A stretch of 64,000 nucleotides of DNA from an uncultured Negativicutes bacterium (GTDB lineage: Bacteria; Bacillota; Negativicutes; JBAXTZ01), in NCBI GenBank assembly GCA_963721525.1, contig CAVRJL010000015.1, positions 32,001 to 96,000 on the forward strand, read 5' to 3'. Within the stretch, counting starts at the first letter, position 1. Every line of letters begins with the position of its first letter. The notes beneath the pieces were generated by a model, which was not told the DNA's origin, did not search any database, and was given only the letters and a program-made list of their open reading frames with translations. Position numbers and translations under genes: made by a program. Positions 41,478 to 51,890 of the stretch are shown here, piece by piece.

Positions 41478-42408
41478 GTTTATCTCCTACTACAATGTTT
41501 CTGCTATTGGCAAAATCCACAGCTCTAGTTTTATTTTTATTGGCAATTTGAATTTCATCCAACTTTACGCTATTTTGCCCACAACTGATAAAAATACCGG
41601 TACGATCTATTTCGGCAACTATGCCTACAGGTAAATTTTTATAGTTACGTTTTATGGGTGTTGCCGACCAAATTTTCAATATTTTTTCTTTCAATAATGA
41701 ATATGCTCCCGGGTACGGATTAAGGGAACGAATAAGATTTACTATATCTTGAGCAGGTAGTTTCCAATTTATTTTTTCTGTGGTTTTATTTATTTTGGGT
41801 GCGTATGTGGCATTTTCGTTATTTTGTTTTATAGGTTTTATTTTTTTATTAAATAAACCTTCCAAAGTCCTTTGCAACAAATACGCGCCTTTTACGCTCA
41901 TTTTATCATGTAACTGCCCCATAGTTTCTTTTTCATCAATATAAATTTTTTGAGCAAGTAAAATATCACCTGTATCCAACCCTTCGTCAATAAGAATTGT
42001 CGTATTTCCTGTTTCTTTTTCTCCGTTTATTATCACTCTTTGAATAGGAGCTGCTCCTCTATATTTAGGTAATAAGGAGGCGTGTAAATTCACGCAACCA
42101 AAAAGCGGAATATTCAAAACAGTTTTAGGCAACATTTGCCCAAAAGATATAACAACGATACTATCAGGATTTAAATTGTAAATATGCCATAGTACAGATT
42201 TAGCTGATATTTTTTCCGATTGGTATATAGGTAATCCTAAATTAAGAGCACACATTTTTACAGGTGAATATCTAATTTTATTTCCTCTACCCTGTGGTTT
42301 ATCAGGTTGAGTATAAACTGCTACTATTTCATACTTATTTTTATAAATAAGTTTTAAACTAGGTACAGCAAACCTGGAAGTTCCCATAAAAACTATTTTC
42401 TCATTCAT
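41470..42408 (-). CDS. fmt: Methionyl-tRNA formyltransferase
   Basis: FMGT, TQPDKPQGRG, NLHASLLPKYRGAAPI, DTGD. Confidence 0.97.
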   Translation of the reverse strand: MNEKIVFMGTSRFAVPSLKLIYKNKYEIVAVYTQPDKPQGRGNKIRYSPVKMCALNLGLPIYQSEKISAKSVLWHIYNLNPDSIVVISFGQMLPKTVLNIPLFGCVNLHASLLPKYRGAAPIQRVIINGEKETGNTTILIDEGLDTGDILLAQKIYIDEKETMGQLHDKMSVKGAYLLQRTLEGLFNKKIKPIKQNNENATYAPKINKTTEKINWKLPAQDIVNLIRSLNPYPGAYSLLKEKILKIWSATPIKRNYKNLPVGIVAEIDRTGIFISCGQNSVKLDEIQIANKNKTRAVDFANSRNIVVGDKLV

Positions 42409-42871
42409 TTTTATTTATGCTATTTTTATCTATTAAATTCTTAGCTTTTTCAATAAATAACTCTCCGTTTAAATGATCCAGTTCATGTTGAAATACTCTT
42501 GCTAAAAGTCCTTCGGCTTTAATTTTTACATTTCTCATATTACGGTCAATCCCAATAATTGATATTTTTTCAGCTCTTTCCACATCGCCGAAGATTTTAG
42601 GAACACTTAAGCACCCTTCCTTATCTACATAACAGCCTACTTGTTTTACAATCTCGGGGTTTATCACTTCGATTAATCCATTTCCTATATCAATAACAAT
42701 TAATTTTTTAGATATTCCTATCTGTGGTGCTGCTAAACCTATTCCTTTAGCCTCATACATAATTTGAATCATAGCGTTCAATATTTTTTTTATGTTTCTA
42801 TCAACGAACTCCACTTTTTCGGCGCACTGTTTTAAAATAGGATTTCCAATCATAGAAATTTTAAATTTCAA
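42401..42871 (-). CDS. def: Peptide deformylase
   Basis: GIGLAAPQIG, EGCLS, QHELDH. Confidence 0.97.
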   Translation of the reverse strand: MKFKISMIGNPILKQCAEKVEFVDRNIKKILNAMIQIMYEAKGIGLAAPQIGISKKLIVIDIGNGLIEVINPEIVKQVGCYVDKEGCLSVPKIFGDVERAEKISIIGIDRNMRNVKIKAEGLLARVFQHELDHLNGELFIEKAKNLIDKNSINKNE

Positions 42872-42932
42872 TTTGCGCTCCTTGATTTTTCATTAATAAA
42901 TTATTAAATATTTTAACATAAAAGCTAAATTT

Positions 42933-43240
42933 TTAATAGTAAACGCTTATTAATAAAATAATTGATTCAAAACCTGTAGCATATCTATATTCTAATACCG
43001 TTGCGCTTTTAGGAACTGTCGAGTTCGTATTTCTGCCTCTACGGATTATATCCTGTTCTTTAGAAGTTAGCTGTGACAATACTTTTCTTATCGCGAAGGA
43101 TTGCATTTTTGCAGATACGATATTACGAGCTATATTATGTATCTCTCCAATACGTTTTTTTCTTTAATAAGACGTTCTCGCACATATAAAGAAAATATCG
43201 CATCTCCTAGATAAGCTAATATTAGAGGTGAAGTTTGCAT
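42933..43240 (-). pseudogene. mrnC: Mini-ribonuclease III, frameshifted at A7 tract (43155-43161) with altered C-terminus
   Basis: MQTSPLILAYLGDAIFSLYVR / VSAKMQ...IIRRGRN...PKSATVLEYRYATGFE; start overlaps cysS stop (TAATG); not in ORF track. Confidence 0.85.
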
Positions 43241-44673
43241 TATTTCCTTTTCCAATTTACTCCTTGCGGTGTATCTTCAATTATTATATCTTTATCGTTT
43301 AATAAATTTCGAATATAGTCTGCTGTTTTCCAATCTTTTTTCAAGCGTGCATTTTCTCTTATTTCAATAATAATTTTCAGTAAAAATTTTGTCATTTCGC
43401 TATTTAAGACGTCTTCATTAATATTTTGTTCTAAAATACCAAAAATTTGTACTATATTATTGAATAACTCTTCTAATAATTCAATATCTTTTTTATTAAT
43501 AAGATAACCGCCATTAAATTTGTTAAACTGATTATTTATTTCTTTAACTATGGCAAATAAAGGAACTATTGCCAACGGCGTATTAAAATCGTCATCCATA
43601 CTGCTATAAAATTTCTGACGCCATAAAATAACTTTTTTTATAAGCTCCTTATTTGTATCTATTTCCTCTGTTTGAGCATATTTTTTTAAAAAATTAATAT
43701 TTTCTTTTGCTACAGTTATTTTTTTCAATGTTTTTTTTGCTTCATCTAATTTTGTGTTATTAAAATCAATAGCGCTACGATAATGAGCTGAAGCAATATA
43801 CCAGCGTACTACTTCTCCTGAGTAATATTGAAGAATATCTGTTATTAAAAAAGAATTTCCCAAAGATTTAGACATTTTTTCTAAGTTTATTGTTATCATT
43901 TCATTATGTAGCCAATAATTTACAAACGGTTTTTCGCTAAAAGCTTCCGATTGAGCTAATTCATTTTCATGGTGAGGAAATATTAGATCGCATCCACCAC
44001 CATGAAAATCAAAATGTTCTCCTAAATATTTTATAGACATTGCTGAACATTCGATATGCCATCCAGGTCTCCCCTTTCCCCATGGGCTATCCCAAGAAGG
44101 CTCGTTAGGTTTTGCCGGTTTCCATAGTACAAAATCCATAGGATTGCATTTACGACTATCAACTTCGATACGCGCTCTAGCTATTAAATTACTGAGATGT
44201 CTGCCACTCAACTTTCCATACTTCAAAAATTTTTTTACGCTAAAATATACATTTTTCTCTACTTCATAAGCATAACCTTGTTCCACCAGCCTTTTTACCA
44301 TTTTAATAATTTCAGATATATGCTCAGAGGCTAAAGGATAATAATCAGCGCGATGGACATTGAGTTTAGACATTATATCAAAAAATGAATTGATATAATA
44401 TTTAGTCATAACTTTCCAATTTTTTTTCTCATTGTTTGCGGCTCTTATTATTTTATCATCAATATCAGTAAAATTTGATATAAATTTTACCTTATAACCT
44501 TTGTGTTTTAGGTACCGAATAATAACATCCCATATTATAGGGGGACGGATGTTACCAATATGAGGATAATTATAAGGAGTTATGCCGCATACATATATTT
44601 TTACTTTTCCTTTATCTATTTCTCTGAACTCTTCTTTTCTCTTTTTCAAGCTATTATATACGCGTATACTCAT
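43240..44673 (-). CDS. cysS: Cysteine-tRNA ligase
   Basis: CGITPY, HIGN, GRPGWHIECS, FPHHENE, KMSKS. Confidence 0.97.
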   Translation of the reverse strand: MSIRVYNSLKKRKEEFREIDKGKVKIYVCGITPYNYPHIGNIRPPIIWDVIIRYLKHKGYKVKFISNFTDIDDKIIRAANNEKKNWKVMTKYYINSFFDIMSKLNVHRADYYPLASEHISEIIKMVKRLVEQGYAYEVEKNVYFSVKKFLKYGKLSGRHLSNLIARARIEVDSRKCNPMDFVLWKPAKPNEPSWDSPWGKGRPGWHIECSAMSIKYLGEHFDFHGGGCDLIFPHHENELAQSEAFSEKPFVNYWLHNEMITINLEKMSKSLGNSFLITDILQYYSGEVVRWYIASAHYRSAIDFNNTKLDEAKKTLKKITVAKENINFLKKYAQTEEIDTNKELIKKVILWRQKFYSSMDDDFNTPLAIVPLFAIVKEINNQFNKFNGGYLINKKDIELLEELFNNIVQIFGILEQNINEDVLNSEMTKFLLKIIIEIRENARLKKDWKTADYIRNLLNDKDIIIEDTPQGVNWKRK

Positions 44674-44740
44674 TTAGTCTCTAACTCCTTTTTGCATTTT
44701 TCAATAGTTCATATATCTTTTTCTATATGAAACCTTACTT

Positions 44741-46195
44741 TTAGATTATTGGCATAAGTTTATCTATTCCTATATGAATTCTACGCAAAGATTCTCTTTT
44801 ACCTAATAACTCAGCCAATTCAGCTGCTCCACCTGGGGAAGATGCCATACCTGACAAAGCTATTCTTACAGGACATAAGATCTGACTATTTTTAAAAGCT
44901 AATTTATTTACAATTTTATGTAGTAAATTATTGATTTCCTCATAATTCCATTTTTCAAGAGTTTCTAATACAATCAATACTTCCCGTAAAGCGATTAATG
45001 AACTATTGAAGTCTATTTTCATCTTCTTGTTTTCATATAAATCACGACTATACTCATTTAATATAGATAAATTAGATATTTTGGCAGGTATATCTTCTAA
45101 TACTTCTATTCTTGTTTGCAATAATTTACTTAATACTTTTAAATTTATATTACTACTTAATTTACTTTTTTCGTAATATGGAGTCGCTAATTTAGAAAAT
45201 TCCTCAATATCAAGATTTTTAATATATTTGCTATTCATCCAACGTAATTTTGCCTCATCGAAAATAGCAGGCGATTTGTTTAATCCTTTAATATCAAAAA
45301 TTGTTTTTAGTTCTTCAAGTGTAAAAAATTCTCTTTCATTTTTAGGATTCCAACCTAATAATACGATATAATTCACTATTGCTTCCTTTAAAAATCCACG
45401 TTTCAGTAAATCCTCGAACGATACATCTCCTTCTCTTTTACTTAATTTTTTAGAATAGGACTTTAAGATAGGCGGAAGATGAATATATTTAGGAATTTCC
45501 CACCCAAAAGATTTATAAATTAAATTATATTTTGGTGTTGAAGTTAAATATTCAGCACCGCGAATAACATGTGTTATTTTCATTAAATAATCATCTATAA
45601 CATTTGCAAAATTATAAGTAGGCATTCCATTACTTTTAAGTAGAATTCCTTCTTCTAGTTCTGAATAATCAACTGTTATTTCTCCATAAATTTGGTCAAT
45701 AAAACTTGCTTTACCTAGCGGAATTATTTGACGAATTACATAGTTTTTATTTTTTGTTAAATATTTTTTAATTTCCGACGAAGCCAAAGTTTTGCAAAAA
45801 CCATCATACTGAAATTTTTTATTGTTTTTCTCAATCTTATTTTTTAAACTTTCTAAACGTATTTTGTCACAAAAACAATAATATGCTCCATTAAGATCGA
45901 CTAATTTTTTAGCGTATTGCTTATATATTTCTTTACGTTCACTTTGAATATACGGTCCAAAGTCACCGTCTTTGTCAGGTCCTTCGTCATAAATCAGTCC
46001 AATAGAATTTAGTGTGTTATGAATAACATCGATAGCGTCTTTTACATAACGACTTTGGTCTGTATCTTCTATTCTAAGAATAAATTTACCCTTGTTTTTT
46101 TTCGCAATTAAATATTCATATATAGCGGTCCTTAAATTTCCTATATGCATATAACCTGTAGGGCTTGGAGCAAATCTTGTCCTAACTTCTTTCAT
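44741..46195 (-). CDS. gltX: Glutamate-tRNA ligase
   Basis: RFAPSPTG.MHIGN, RIEDTD, THVIRG, KLSKR. Confidence 0.96.
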   Translation of the reverse strand: MKEVRTRFAPSPTGYMHIGNLRTAIYEYLIAKKNKGKFILRIEDTDQSRYVKDAIDVIHNTLNSIGLIYDEGPDKDGDFGPYIQSERKEIYKQYAKKLVDLNGAYYCFCDKIRLESLKNKIEKNNKKFQYDGFCKTLASSEIKKYLTKNKNYVIRQIIPLGKASFIDQIYGEITVDYSELEEGILLKSNGMPTYNFANVIDDYLMKITHVIRGAEYLTSTPKYNLIYKSFGWEIPKYIHLPPILKSYSKKLSKREGDVSFEDLLKRGFLKEAIVNYIVLLGWNPKNEREFFTLEELKTIFDIKGLNKSPAIFDEAKLRWMNSKYIKNLDIEEFSKLATPYYEKSKLSSNINLKVLSKLLQTRIEVLEDIPAKISNLSILNEYSRDLYENKKMKIDFNSSLIALREVLIVLETLEKWNYEEINNLLHKIVNKLAFKNSQILCPVRIALSGMASSPGGAAELAELLGKRESLRRIHIGIDKLMPII

Positions 46196-46223
46196 TTTTT
46201 AAACCTCTATTAAAATAACAATA

Positions 46224-48647
46224 TTATTGCCTTAAGTTCGCCTCAAATTTTTTATTTAAAGCAACTAATAAATCTTTTATATTTTCATCAATTTCTTGAT
46301 CTGTTAATGTTCTTTCATTCGATCCATAAACTAAATTAAAAGTTAAACTTTTTTTATCTTCTCTCTTATTATTATATACATCAAATAAATTTGCTGTTTT
46401 AAGTAATTTACCGCTTTTTTTCTTTATAAAACTAAGAATTTGGCCTGCTACAATGCTTTTTTTGAAATATAAGGAAATATCTCTCTCTATTTGTGGAAAT
46501 CTAGGTAAATCTATATACGTTAATTTATTTTTTACTTCTGTAAATAACTTTTCTAATTCAACTTCAAATATATAGACTTTAGAATTCATATCAAAATTTT
46601 TTAAGATCTCAGGATGAACTTCACCTAACAAGCCTATTTTCTTACCATTTACAACTAAACTACAAGATACTCCCGGATGATATAAATTATTTTCTTGAAT
46701 AATAAATTTATAATCATTTACTCGCAATGAATCTAGTATTTGCTCAACAACTCCTTTCACTGAGTAGAAGTCAGCTTCCGCTTTGGTTACGTTCCAAGAA
46801 GGGGGTATAGTTAATCCACATACTGCACCACATAACATAATTTTTTCTATAGGTAAGTCCTGACCAGGAAACTTTTTTGATAAATATATTTTACCTATTT
46901 CATAAATCATTAAATCATTATTTTTACGGGACAAATTATATTTTATATTATTTAATATAGAGTCAGCGAGAGTTGTACGCATTAGCGAAAATTCAGTATT
47001 GATAGGATTAACTATAGGAACAGCCATTGTTAAACCATTTTTTGTTTGCCTTAATTTTTCTAAATTTTGAAAAGAAGAAAAACTAGACGAAATTGTTTCA
47101 TCCATACCTAAACTTGACAATATATTTCGTATTTTGTCGCAAAAGTTATTCAACGGCAATTCTTTACTTGGTATTGTTTTACTTATCGGTATTCTAAAAG
47201 GAATTTTATCAAACCCATAAGCTCTACCTATTTCTTCTGCTAAATCAGCTGTCAACATAATATCGGTACGCCAGGAGGGAATCAAGGCTTGTATTTTTTG
47301 TTTTTTTCTTTGAGTTCTTACACCAAGTTTATTCAAAATTTTTAGCATTTCATTACCAGAAATTTCAGTACCTAATTTATTATTAATTTCATTTTCTGTA
47401 AAATCAATACATTTAGATTTCACAGTATATGGATAATGTTCTATGAGTCCCTCGCATGCGTTTCCAGCTTCAATATTTTGTATCAACTGTGCAGCTCTTT
47501 CAATTGCTAAATTTATTCTAACAATATCTACTCCTTTACTAAATTTTTCTGACGACTCGGTTTTTAAGCCTAATTTTAAAGATGTTCTACGAATATAAGA
47601 GGAATTAAACGCAGCAGCTTCCAAAACAATATTTTTTGTATTTGCATTAACTTCTGTTTCACTGCTTCCCGTTATTCCTGCAATGCTTATAATTTTTTCG
47701 CTATCAGTAGTAACTATTGTATCTGTTTCAAGGATTTTCTTTATATTGTCAATTGTTACTATAAATTCGTTTTTTTCAGCTGTCCTTACAATTATTTCAT
47801 TTCCACATATCTTATCTAAATCATATGCGTGTATAGGTTGACCTAATTCAAGCGTAATATAATTTACAATATCGATAATATTATTTATAGGAATAATTCC
47901 TACTGATTGTAGCATTTTTTTTATCGATTGTGGAGATTCTTTTATTTTAACGTTTTTTATTACTTTGCCAATAAAACGTGTAACTAATTCATCATTTTTT
48001 ACCTTAACTTTTATAAATTCTTGTGTTTTTTCTTTAAGTTTATTTACACATAAATAAGATGGTTCAATAAGGTCAATATCGTACGCCATAGCGGCTTCTC
48101 TTGCTAACCCTAACACTGAAAAACAATCTGGTCTATTAGGCGCTACTTCAAAGTCAATAACACTATCATCCTCTATTTCTAAAGCCTGAGCTATAGGAAC
48201 ACCTATTTTTGTTTCATCTGGTAATACAAATATATCCTTACAGTTTTTAGGTGGTAAAAATTTATCCTCTATAGCTAATTCTTGAATAGAACATAGCATA
48301 CCAAAAGATTGTATTCCTCTAAACGTTGTTTTTTTTATTTTTCCCCTATTTGGTAATTTTGCTCCACTCAACGCAACTGGGACAATACTATTAATAGTAA
48401 TATTATCAGCGCCTGTTGTTATTTGTAATATTTTCCCCCCAATATCTATCTGGCAAATAAAAAATTTATTTGCATTTGGATGTTTATTTATTTCTACAAT
48501 TTTCCCAGTTATTATTTTTTTAAAATCTTTTGCACAATAATCTACATGAGCAACTTCAAAACCAACCATAGTCATTTTATAAACAAATTCATCAATCGAA
48601 CAACTTATTCTAGCATAATTTTTTATCCACTTAACTAAAATCTTCAC
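46224..48647 (-). CDS. pheT: Phenylalanine-tRNA ligase beta subunit
   Basis: HPNA, SFGMLCS, PNRPD, DLAEEIGR, GEVHP, RFPQIERD. Confidence 0.96.
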   Translation of the reverse strand: MKILVKWIKNYARISCSIDEFVYKMTMVGFEVAHVDYCAKDFKKIITGKIVEINKHPNANKFFICQIDIGGKILQITTGADNITINSIVPVALSGAKLPNRGKIKKTTFRGIQSFGMLCSIQELAIEDKFLPPKNCKDIFVLPDETKIGVPIAQALEIEDDSVIDFEVAPNRPDCFSVLGLAREAAMAYDIDLIEPSYLCVNKLKEKTQEFIKVKVKNDELVTRFIGKVIKNVKIKESPQSIKKMLQSVGIIPINNIIDIVNYITLELGQPIHAYDLDKICGNEIIVRTAEKNEFIVTIDNIKKILETDTIVTTDSEKIISIAGITGSSETEVNANTKNIVLEAAAFNSSYIRRTSLKLGLKTESSEKFSKGVDIVRINLAIERAAQLIQNIEAGNACEGLIEHYPYTVKSKCIDFTENEINNKLGTEISGNEMLKILNKLGVRTQRKKQKIQALIPSWRTDIMLTADLAEEIGRAYGFDKIPFRIPISKTIPSKELPLNNFCDKIRNILSSLGMDETISSSFSSFQNLEKLRQTKNGLTMAVPIVNPINTEFSLMRTTLADSILNNIKYNLSRKNNDLMIYEIGKIYLSKKFPGQDLPIEKIMLCGAVCGLTIPPSWNVTKAEADFYSVKGVVEQILDSLRVNDYKFIIQENNLYHPGVSCSLVVNGKKIGLLGEVHPEILKNFDMNSKVYIFEVELEKLFTEVKNKLTYIDLPRFPQIERDISLYFKKSIVAGQILSFIKKKSGKLLKTANLFDVYNNKREDKKSLTFNLVYGSNERTLTDQEIDENIKDLLVALNKKFEANLRQ

Positions 48648-48661
48648 AATTTACTCCTGCA

Positions 48662-49681
48662 CTAAAATTGTCGAATAAAGCGAATATCGTTATCATAAAA
48701 TAATCGCACATCGTTTATTTTATAATATAACATGGCAATACGTTCGACTCCCATACCAAAAGCAAAGCCGCTTACTTTTGCTTCACTATATCCATTTAAT
48801 TTTAATACCTGAGGATGTACCATACCTGCTCCCAAAATTTCTAACCAACCGGTACCTTTACAAATTTTACAACCTAACCCCGTGCATAGAACGCAGGATA
48901 TATCTATTTCAAGGCTTGGCTCAGTAAAGGGGAAATAACTTGGTCTAAGTCGAATATTAATATTATCATCAAAAAACTCTTTCAAAAACAGCATTAAAGT
49001 ACCTTTTAGATTAGCTAAACTTATATTTTTATCTATAAAAAGACCTTCTACTTGATGAAATACAGGCGAATGAGTAACATCATTATCACAGCGGTAAACT
49101 TTGCCATAAGTTATAATTTTTATCGGTTCGTTATTTTTGTTTGATTGCATAACTCGCGATTGTACCGGCGAAGTATGTGTCCGTAAAACTATATTATCAT
49201 TAATATAAAATGTATCCTGCATATCTCTAGCAGGATGACTTTTAGGTAGATTCATCATTTCAAAATTAAAATAGTCAAGTTCTATTTCAGGTCCATCCGC
49301 TATAGAATATCCCATTTTTATAAAAATATTTTTTATACGGTTAAGGGTTTGAGTAAGAGGATGAATTTTTCCTACGTATCTTTGTCTTCCAGGCAAAGTA
49401 ACATCGATTTTTTCTAATTTTAATTTTTTTTGTATTTCTTTTTTGTCAATTTCACTATTTAATTTCCTAATATATAGTTCTAACTCTTTCCTTAAATTAT
49501 TAAGCATCTTTCCAAACTCAGGCCTCTTATTTATATGTATTGTACCTATAGCCTGTAAAAGAGACGTTACTTGTCCTTTTTTCCCTAAATATTTAATTTT
49601 AAAAATATTAAGCTCATTTTTTGTTTCAATTTTTTTTAATTCTTCAAACGCTTGTTTCCAAATAAATTTTATTTTATCCAT
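48662..49681 (-). CDS. pheS: Phenylalanine-tRNA ligase alpha subunit
   Basis: HPARDMQDTF, LRTHTS, FHQVEG, YFPFTEPS, GFAFGMGVER. Confidence 0.97.
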   Translation of the reverse strand: MDKIKFIWKQAFEELKKIETKNELNIFKIKYLGKKGQVTSLLQAIGTIHINKRPEFGKMLNNLRKELELYIRKLNSEIDKKEIQKKLKLEKIDVTLPGRQRYVGKIHPLTQTLNRIKNIFIKMGYSIADGPEIELDYFNFEMMNLPKSHPARDMQDTFYINDNIVLRTHTSPVQSRVMQSNKNNEPIKIITYGKVYRCDNDVTHSPVFHQVEGLFIDKNISLANLKGTLMLFLKEFFDDNINIRLRPSYFPFTEPSLEIDISCVLCTGLGCKICKGTGWLEILGAGMVHPQVLKLNGYSEAKVSGFAFGMGVERIAMLYYKINDVRLFYDNDIRFIRQF

Positions 49682-49694
49682 AAATAAATCCTCT

Positions 49695-49755
49695 AAAAAT
49701 AAACGACTTTTGCCTCGAGGGGCAAAAGTCGTTCTTACACGCTGCTACCCTTTCT
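49695..49755 (-). promoter_or_regulatory. Degenerate T-box motif plus intact terminator upstream of pheS
   Basis: AAAGGGTAGCAGCGTG resembles AGGGTGGNACCGCG; followed by 13-bp perfect stem (49702-49714/49721-49733) and TATTTTT just before the AGAGGA RBS. Confidence 0.6.
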
Positions 49756-49829
49756 ATATTAATAGATTTTCCCATTTCTCTCATTTTTTCATAATAAAAC
49801 CGTTTTATTATGTTGTTAGTAAAGCATTC

Positions 49830-50100
49830 TTTCTATAAGTAAATTAAACAAAAAATTTTTTAACGTCGCTTGAATTTATCAACGGTACTGTTATTCTTAT
49901 TTGTAGTATCTTTTATTTCATTTAATTCGTTTACGATTTTTATACTAGCGTCAGCTATTTTGATTTCTTTTCATAAAAAAATATTTTTTAAACATTCACA
50001 AAAACTCTATATCCCTCAATTTTAGTTAGTGTAATTATAAGTTTTATTTTTTTTTATAGTTAAACATACTTCTTATTAAGTTCACTATTAATTGAGTCTT
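49830..50100 (-). pseudogene. Possible TrmH-family RNA methyltransferase relic
   Basis: Short fragments IEGYRV and IRITVPL resemble this family, which commonly precedes pheS; weak. Confidence 0.3.
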
Positions 50101-50141
50101 AAGTATAAATCTTTAAAACTGCCTATTAATTCTAATATATT

Positions 50142-51017
50142 TTAAATATTATTTATGTTAGCAGCAAGCTCATTTAGTCTTTTAACTCTTTCTTCAATAC
50201 TGGGGTGCGTAGAAAATAAAGAGGTAAAAATTTGTTTTGAACCTTTTAACGGATTTACAATAAACAAATGCGCTGTAGTTGCTGTAGCTTCCTGCGACAA
50301 CGTTCCAAATTGCGCTCTATTTTCAAGTTTTAACAGGGCGCTTGCTAAAGAAAGGGGTTTGCCTGATATTTTTGCTCCACTTTCGTCAGCGTCAAATTCG
50401 CGTAAACGAGATACAGCAAGTTGTACTAAAGTAGCTGCTATAGGAGCTAAAACAATCATAAATAACATTTGAATTAAACCGCCACCTTCGTTTGAATCGG
50501 AATCTCTTCTATCTCCACCAAATATCATCGTCCATTTGACCATATTTGCTATCAATAATATTACCCCGGCAATTGATGATACTATAGTATTCACCAATAT
50601 ATCTCTATTTTTTACATGAGCCAGTTCATGAGCTAACACACCTTCCAACTCGTCTCGATTTAAGATGTCCATAATGCCTGTTGTTACCGCAATAGCTGCA
50701 TTTTGCGAATTTCTGCCTGTAGCAAAAGCATTTGGAGTAGTCGTGTCTATCATGCAAATTTTAGGTACGGGCATACCCTGACTTTTTACTAACTTCCTCA
50801 CTATAGAATATAATATTGGTGCGTGCTGTTCGCTTACTGGTTTTGCTCCATACATTAACAGAACAATTCTATCACTAAACCAATAACTTATAAAATTAAA
50901 ACCTAAGGAAAAAACAAGCATCAAAAACATACCGTTGTTTCCGCCGAACTGTCGCCCCATTATCCCTAATATACCTGTCAATAAAGTTAACAGCACAGTC
51001 AACTTTAAACTTTTCAT
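50142..51017 (-). CDS. htpX: Zinc metalloprotease HtpX
   Basis: PNAFATGR, HELAH, SRLREFDAD, FSTHP. Confidence 0.95.
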   Translation of the reverse strand: MKSLKLTVLLTLLTGILGIMGRQFGGNNGMFLMLVFSLGFNFISYWFSDRIVLLMYGAKPVSEQHAPILYSIVRKLVKSQGMPVPKICMIDTTTPNAFATGRNSQNAAIAVTTGIMDILNRDELEGVLAHELAHVKNRDILVNTIVSSIAGVILLIANMVKWTMIFGGDRRDSDSNEGGGLIQMLFMIVLAPIAATLVQLAVSRLREFDADESGAKISGKPLSLASALLKLENRAQFGTLSQEATATTAHLFIVNPLKGSKQIFTSLFSTHPSIEERVKRLNELAANINNI

Positions 51018-51062
51018 AATAACCACCTCATCTTGAATTATACTACATAGTATTCCTTATTT

Positions 51063-51890
51063 CTATATATTCACTCTCTTAAAAATCATTTTTGCATTTA
51101 TTAAAGAATTCTGCGATTCTATCCAATTAATATATGGCATTTTCTTAAACCACGTGTTTTGTCTTTTTGCATATTGTCGAGTTTTTACTTTTATTTGTTC
51201 GATAACTTGACTTTTACTTATGTATCCTTGTAAATATTTTATTATTTCTTTATAACCTATCGCTTGCATTGATTGCATTTGCGGTAAAATACCTTTTTTT
51301 AAAAGATTTTTAGTTTCTTCAACCAATCCGTTATTTATCATTTTGTCTATTCTTTGAATAATTTTATTTACCAATATATCGCGCTCCATAAATAAGCCAA
51401 ATACTTGGGCATCATATTCTAACTCGATTTTTTCATCAATATTAATAGCAAACTTATCTAATTTATTTCTTAAGCCTTCAATCCCTGGGTTTTCAAAAGT
51501 ATTATTTAAATTCAAACATATTTGTTTATTTGTCTTATTTTTTTTAAATCGATAATTTTTTTCCAATAATGCTCTTATATATAAGCCTGTTCCCCCTGAA
51601 ATTATAATTATTTTCCCTGATTTCTCTAATTTATCTATAAGTTCGCGCGCTTCTTTTTGATATTTAGCAACATTATATGTTTCATATGGTTGTTTTATAT
51701 CTATAAAGTGATGAGGGATACCTTTCCTCTCTCTTAAATTAGGTTTAGCCGTTCCTACATTCATATTTTTATAAATCAACATTGAATCAGCGGATATAAT
51801 TTCGCAATTGCCAAGCAACTTAGCAAGGCAAACCGCAGTTTCAGTCTTTCCTGTAGCTGTAGCGCCGACTACTGCTATTATTTTTTTCAT
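51063..51890 (-). CDS. miaA: tRNA dimethylallyltransferase (shortened)
   Basis: GATATGKT, SADSM, GTAKP, GGTGLY, AIGYKE, TRQYAKRQ.TWF. Confidence 0.93.
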   Translation of the reverse strand: MKKIIAVVGATATGKTETAVCLAKLLGNCEIISADSMLIYKNMNVGTAKPNLRERKGIPHHFIDIKQPYETYNVAKYQKEARELIDKLEKSGKIIIISGGTGLYIRALLEKNYRFKKNKTNKQICLNLNNTFENPGIEGLRNKLDKFAINIDEKIELEYDAQVFGLFMERDILVNKIIQRIDKMINNGLVEETKNLLKKGILPQMQSMQAIGYKEIIKYLQGYISKSQVIEQIKVKTRQYAKRQNTWFKKMPYINWIESQNSLINAKMIFKRVNI

